A model generated the notes under the pieces. That model saw only the letters and a program-made list of their open reading frames with translations. It made no database searches and had not been told where the DNA came from. The translations under genes were made by a program, and so were the position numbers. A stretch of DNA of 49,462 nucleotides, from positions 1-49,462 of the IMG/VR virus record IMGVR_UViG_3300010365_001407, one strand, 5' to 3'. This document shows positions 45,834-49,462 of the stretch, in pieces (position 1 is the first letter of the stretch; each line of letters starts with the position of its first letter). The DNA is from a virus (Duplodnaviria; Heunggongvirae; Uroviricota; Caudoviricetes).

Positions 45834-45842
45834 ATATTTTTG

Positions 45843-45914
45843 TACTATTGACGGGGGTCGAACCCGCATCTCCCACCCTGAGAAGGTGGTTTCCTGCCAT
45901 TAGAAGACAATAGT
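45843..45914 (-). tRNA. tRNA-Glu (CTC)
   Basis: CCACC-TTCTCAG-GGTGG; body shared with 46054 and 46133 copies. Confidence 0.85.
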
Positions 45915-45920
45915 ATTTTG

Positions 45921-45988
45921 TGGGATGTGAGAGACTCGAACTCTCCTGCTAGCGTTTTACAGACACGGCTATCACCATAATCCATCCC
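45921..45988 (-). tRNA. degenerate tRNA-Tyr-like (GTA), reduced D arm
   Basis: GGGATG/CATCCC acceptor, CT-GTA-AA loop, T arm GAGAG-TTCGAGT-CTCTC. Confidence 0.5.
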
Positions 45989-46053
45989 AATTAGATATAT
46001 CATTTACACGGTGTTAGGTCTTACTATCCTGTTATAACTTATTTATATCTTTG

Positions 46054-46125
46054 TACTATTGACGGGACTCGAACCCGCATCTCCCGGTTTGAAAAACCAG
46101 TTTCCTGCCATTAGAAGACAATAGT
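46054..46125 (-). tRNA. tRNA-Glu (TTC)
   Basis: CTGGT-TTTTCAA-ACCGG. Confidence 0.88.
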
Positions 46126-46132
46126 GTTTTTG

Positions 46133-46204
46133 TACTAGTGACGGGACTCGAACCCGCATCTTCCGGTTTGAAAAACCAGCTTCCTGCCATTAGAAGACAC
46201 TAGC
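46133..46204 (-). tRNA. tRNA-Glu (TTC)
   Basis: Near-copy of 46054..46125 with compensatory acceptor changes. Confidence 0.88.
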
Positions 46205-46212
46205 ATATTTTG

Positions 46213-46295
46213 TGGGTGTAGTAGGACTCGAACCTACTCAGCTAATAGCAACGGTGTTACAGACCGCCATGACTCTCCAACTTCATCGTACACCC
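46213..46295 (-). tRNA. tRNA-Tyr (GTA)
   Basis: GCGGT-CTGTAAC-ACCGT, variable arm, A73. Confidence 0.9.
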
Positions 46296-46308
46296 TTATG
46301 TACTTTTG

Positions 46309-46391
46309 TGGGCAGAGAGGGATTCGAACCCCCGAACTCTAATGAGAGCAGTTTTACAGACTGCCAGCTTTAACCACTTGCATATCTACCC
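46309..46391 (-). tRNA. tRNA-Tyr (GTA)
   Basis: GCAGT-CTGTAAA-ACTGC, variable arm, A73. Confidence 0.93.
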
Positions 46392-46404
46392 AATTTATTT
46401 CAAT

Positions 46405-46439
46405 AAAAAAACCCAATCTGTTTTTGCCAGATTGGGTTT
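46405..46439 (-). terminator. attenuator terminator upstream of tRNA array 4
   Basis: Minus strand AAACCCAATCTG-GCAAAAA-CAGATTGGGTTT-TTTT. Confidence 0.87.
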
Positions 46440-46464
46440 GTTGTTTTATAATGTTTTTACTCCA

Positions 46465-46566
46465 TTACTTTATACACATAACGCTTCTGACCGATGGTAT
46501 TCTATACCCCGCCTCATATCCGCCTATCGCTTCTATTGCTATTGTTATGTTAGTAATTGTTGTCAT
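46465..46566 (-). CDS. leader peptide 4 MTTITNITIAIEAIGGYEAGYRIPSVRSVMCIK
   Basis: 33-aa ORF; residues 9-21 are only I(ATA)/A/E/G/Y, matching array-4 tRNAs; 6 of 7 Ile codons are ATA. Confidence 0.85.
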   Translation of the reverse strand: MTTITNITIAIEAIGGYEAGYRIPSVRSVMCIK

Positions 46567-46617
46567 TTTTTCTATTTTTTTAAATGTTTGTTGTTGTTTT
46601 GTTTTCTAATTCTTCTA

Positions 46618-46625
46618 CAAAAGTA
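46618..46625 (-). promoter_or_regulatory. host-type -7 box (TACTTTTG) for array 4, with TTTG about 20 nt upstream
   Basis: Matches the Bacteroidota primary-sigma consensus TTTG-N19-21-TAnnTTTG. Confidence 0.7.
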
Positions 46626-46676
46626 AGGTGACTTTTTTAATCTACCAAATCTTTTTGTAATTATTTTTAATCTTTG

Positions 46677-46749
46677 TAGCGGGAACAGGACTCGAACCTG
46701 TGACCTCAAGGTTATGAGCCTTGCGAGCTGCCTACTGCTCTATCCCGCG
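46677..46749 (-). tRNA. initiator-type tRNA-fMet (CAT)
   Basis: CGCGGGA 5' strand with C1:U72 mismatch; CAAGG-CTCATAA-CCTTG. Confidence 0.88.
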
Positions 46750-46783
46750 ATATATTGTTTTGTGAGACTATCTCTCAACTTTG

Positions 46784-46854
46784 TAGCGTAGCGTGGATTC
46801 GAACCACCCCTTGGAGTTTATGAGACTCTAATGCAACCTTTACACTTTAACGCG
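46784..46854 (-). tRNA. divergent fMet-like tRNA (CAT)
   Basis: CGCGT start with 1:72 mismatch; CT-CAT-AA loop; weaker acceptor stem. Confidence 0.65.
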
Positions 46855-46872
46855 ATATATGTTTTATAGTTC

Positions 46873-46881
46873 TATATATTA
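46873..46881 (-). promoter_or_regulatory. late-type TAATATATA promoter for the fMet pair
   Basis: Motif recurrence; 19 nt upstream of tRNA. Confidence 0.6.
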
Positions 46882-46919
46882 AAAAGTTTTTCCCCTTTTT
46901 GATATTTCTGAACATTTTT

Positions 46920-47492
46920 TTAAATTTTTTTCAATATTTCATCAATTTCTTGTTTAGATTTCTCTAAATCAACATTTTCTATTACAAAATCTGCTAATTT
47001 GGCTTTATCTTCATCAGACCATTGAGATCTTATTCTTTTAAGAACATCTTCTTTATTAGTATTATCTCTACTAATAACTCTTTCAACTCTTACATCTTCT
47101 GGTGCAGTTACTAAAATTGTTACATCACAATCTTTATAAGCACCACTTTCAAATAATATTGCAGCTTCTTTAACTACAAATGGTTTATCAAATTGTTTAG
47201 TCCAATTAATAAAGTGTTCTCTAACTTTAGGATGGACAATCTCATTTAACTTTTTGAGATTGTCCTCATTCCCAAAGACAAAAGAAGCTAACTTCTTTTT
47301 ATCTACCAAATTATTTTCTAAAATATTTTCACTAAAAGTATCAGTTAGTTCTTTTATCACTTCTGGTGTATCAAGTAACTTCTTGGCTTCATCATCTGCA
47401 ATATAGACAGGAATACCCAAAGACTCAATATACTTTGTTATGGTAGTTTTTCCTGATCCAATACCCCCAGTGATTCCCAATATGTATTTCAT
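46920..47492 (-). CDS. coaE: dephospho-CoA kinase
   Basis: LGITGGIGSGKT, ADDEAK, LNEIVHP, KEAAILFE, R...Q motifs. Confidence 0.92.
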   Translation of the reverse strand: MKYILGITGGIGSGKTTITKYIESLGIPVYIADDEAKKLLDTPEVIKELTDTFSENILENNLVDKKKLASFVFGNEDNLKKLNEIVHPKVREHFINWTKQFDKPFVVKEAAILFESGAYKDCDVTILVTAPEDVRVERVISRDNTNKEDVLKRIRSQWSDEDKAKLADFVIENVDLEKSKQEIDEILKKI

Positions 47493-47587
47493 ATATTCTA
47501 TAATTTAATATCAAAGATACAAAAAATAAATTATTGGTATAACAGGGAACATTAATTTTTAATATATAAATTAAAAATAATTAATCA

Positions 47588-48403
47588 ATGGTAAAAACAT
47601 TTATTTATGTATTAAAAGATCCAATATCTAATGAAGTTAGATATGTTGGTAAATCAAATAATCCAAATAAAAGATTTTCTAGTCATTTGGATACAAGTAA
47701 AGATATAGGAACACACAAAAGAAATTGGATAAATAAACTATTGTCTGATAATCAAAAACCAATATTGGAAATTATTGATGAAGTAGATATTGATAATTGG
47801 TCATATTATGAAAAGAAGTATATAGATTATTACATCAATAAAGGATGTAATCTTGTAAACTGTGGTTTAGGTGGTGAGGGTTTAACATATGGTAATCAAA
47901 CTTCCTTTAAGAAGGGACATAACACTAAAAAGATTGTTCTTTTTGATAAAAATGGTATTTTAACTAATATTTCAGATTCTATAAAAGATGCAGAAAAGTT
48001 TATTGGTAAAAGAGGTGTATCATCTGTACTTAGTGGTAAAACTAAAAAGTGTGGTGGGTATATTTGTGTATATGAAAATGACTATCTAAAAATGTCAAGT
48101 ATAGAATTATGTAATTTAATAGAATTTTCTAATCTAAATAATGGATTGGATAATGGAAAAAAAACAAGATTTGTTAAAAATACTAAGCCTTGGAATACAG
48201 GTAAAAAGTATGAGTCCTTTAAAAAAAGAAAGGTAGTATATCAATATGATAAAATAACAAAAAAACTAATAAAAGAATGGAGTGGTATTATTGAAATATC
48301 TAATGAGTTAGGACTTGATTATAAATCAATAAATAATAATTTAAGAAATAAAAGTAAAAGTTCTTGTGGGTTTATATGGAGTTATGAAAAAAGACCTACT
48401 TAA
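47588..48403 (+). CDS. GIY-YIG homing endonuclease with NUMOD1
   Basis: FIYVL..P....VRYVGKSNN..KR; GGEG; C-terminal SSCGFIWSY; TAATATATA at 47560-47568. Confidence 0.88.
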   Translation: MVKTFIYVLKDPISNEVRYVGKSNNPNKRFSSHLDTSKDIGTHKRNWINKLLSDNQKPILEIIDEVDIDNWSYYEKKYIDYYINKGCNLVNCGLGGEGLTYGNQTSFKKGHNTKKIVLFDKNGILTNISDSIKDAEKFIGKRGVSSVLSGKTKKCGGYICVYENDYLKMSSIELCNLIEFSNLNNGLDNGKKTRFVKNTKPWNTGKKYESFKKRKVVYQYDKITKKLIKEWSGIIEISNELGLDYKSINNNLRNKSKSSCGFIWSYEKRPT

Positions 48404-48409
48404 TAGGTC

Positions 48410-48733
48410 TCATTCTAATATTTTATCAATTCTTTCATTTCTCATAGCTTTAAGTGATTTATACACAGCTACTGATTTTGAACCAACTTTATAATCTATC
48501 ATTCTCCATGAATATTCTAAAGGTTCAACTTTAACTGATATGTAATAAACTCCTAAATTACCTTCATTTACTAATTCTTGTAATACATTTTCAATATTAT
48601 AAGAGTAATATAGAAATCCATTTTTTCTGGTATTTTCTATACATCTTAATATTTGTTCTTTAGTAAACTCTAATAATGATTCTCTTCTCACAATGTCAAT
48701 AACATTGTGTTTTTCTAATTTTTTCCAGTTCAT
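48410..48733 (-). CDS. hypothetical protein
   Basis: ORF track 48410..48817 starts at a TTG inside the promoter box; ATG at 48733 preferred; ends RNERIDKIL. Confidence 0.55.
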   Translation of the reverse strand: MNWKKLEKHNVIDIVRRESLLEFTKEQILRCIENTRKNGFLYYSYNIENVLQELVNEGNLGVYYISVKVEPLEYSWRMIDYKVGSKSVAVYKSLKAMRNERIDKILE

Positions 48734-48844
48734 ATTCCTAATTTTTGTTTTTAGGAAACTACTATCGTGAATTTCTTTAACGCCGCCAGTTGTTAAATCA
48801 ACACTGCAAATATACAACTTAATTTTGCATTACCAAATTATATA

Positions 48845-49462
48845 TTAAATAAATGAAAAAATAAATGCAATCACATCTACTGTCCAACCATTACCTAACA
48901 TTGAGTATCTATGAATATCAGCAATTCCAGTATTTGTATAATCTACAGGAACAGTTTGTAATCTCTCACACTCATTAGGAGTTAACTTTCTAAACTTACC
49001 ATCTTGAAGTAATCTTAATGAATTATGATGTGGTAAAGTCAATGTAGGACTCTTTCTATCTTTCTTAAACTTCTTATTATAAACATCAATGCAACAAATA
49101 TCAGGTGCACCTTCTATACTAACTTTCTTAGAAAGTAATTCAGTATTTCTTTCTTTTAACCAATACTTACTATCAAAAGTATTATCAAGTATATCTTCAA
49201 TATAAATCTGTTTATCATCAGGTAAACCTACAACAGGGATATTTGTCCAGTAAAGTCTCTCACGATTCTGAGCACTTACAAGATTGGAATTAATCTTGAT
49301 AGGTTGAACTCCTAATTCTTCTGAGATAATATCTTGCCATTCTTTTTTCATCTTAACATTTTCAAGTAAGAAGTAAGTTGGTTTACATTCTTTTAATAAT
49401 CTAACATAATCATAGAATAATCCAGACTTACCATCAAACCCAGTTCCATTACCAGCATTTGA
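48845..49462 (-). CDS. dcm: DNA (cytosine-5) methyltransferase, 5' part outside window
   Basis: Frame open to window end: ...GKSGLFY...FLLENV...SAQNRERLYW...ERLQ...LGNGWTVDVI. Confidence 0.9.
   Translation of the reverse strand, partial: SNAGNGTGFDGKSGLFYDYVRLLKECKPTYFLLENVKMKKEWQDIISEELGVQPIKINSNLVSAQNRERLYWTNIPVVGLPDDKQIYIEDILDNTFDSKYWLKERNTELLSKKVSIEGAPDICCIDVYNKKFKKDRKSPTLTLPHHNSLRLLQDGKFRKLTPNECERLQTVPVDYTNTGIADIHRYSMLGNGWTVDVIAFIFSFI

Noticed and set aside
14466-46626. ORF-track ORFs lying over tRNA arrays (14466, 14791, 15909, 23676, 27358, 45121, 45508, 46306, 46424)
   Set aside because: They overlap clear tRNA cloverleaves or attenuator elements; translations are low-complexity artefacts
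46677-46881. Attenuator for the fMet tRNA pair
   Set aside because: The promoter motif is only 19 nt from the first tRNA; no room for a leader ORF and no terminator
1-49462. Stop-codon reassignment (TAG or TGA), as seen in some Bacteroidota phages
   Set aside because: Code 11 gives intact full-length enzymes; TAG ends 22014 and 35598 and TGA is used in ATGA overlaps; no CTA or TCA suppressor tRNA was found
1-49462. CRISPR array or rRNA genes
   Set aside because: No regularly spaced direct repeats; the recurring GGxTTCGAACC strings are tRNA T arms; no rRNA-like segment

Overview
Very AT-rich, gene-dense segment of a large (jumbo, T4-like) dsDNA phage that most likely infects Bacteroidota. 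Evidence: no rRNA or core bacterial operons; about 45 tRNA or tRNA-like genes in four minus-strand arrays plus an initiator pair; about 10 free-standing homing endonucleases; a gp14-like neck protein; Bacteroidota-type TAnnTTTG promoters; and a second, phage-late-type TAATATATA promoter class. Accessory genes include gmd/fcl with glycosyltransferase-like ORFs, an N-domain-less ClpC, NADAR, CoaD, CoaE, two C5 methyltransferases and a three-gene helicase/N6-MTase/nuclease module. The main observation is that each of the four tRNA arrays is preceded by promoter -> 22-33 aa leader ORF -> intrinsic terminator. In all four cases the leader's control region is built from the amino acids (often the exact codons) decoded by the tRNAs of its own array: D/Q/P/M; T/I/N/V/C; L/R; I(ATA)/A/E/G/Y. 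A sequence complementary to the terminator lies right after each codon run. This looks like ribosome-stalling attenuation that switches on phage tRNA sets only when those tRNAs are depleted. All calls were made by eye without database searches, so tRNA boundaries may be off by 1-2 nt.
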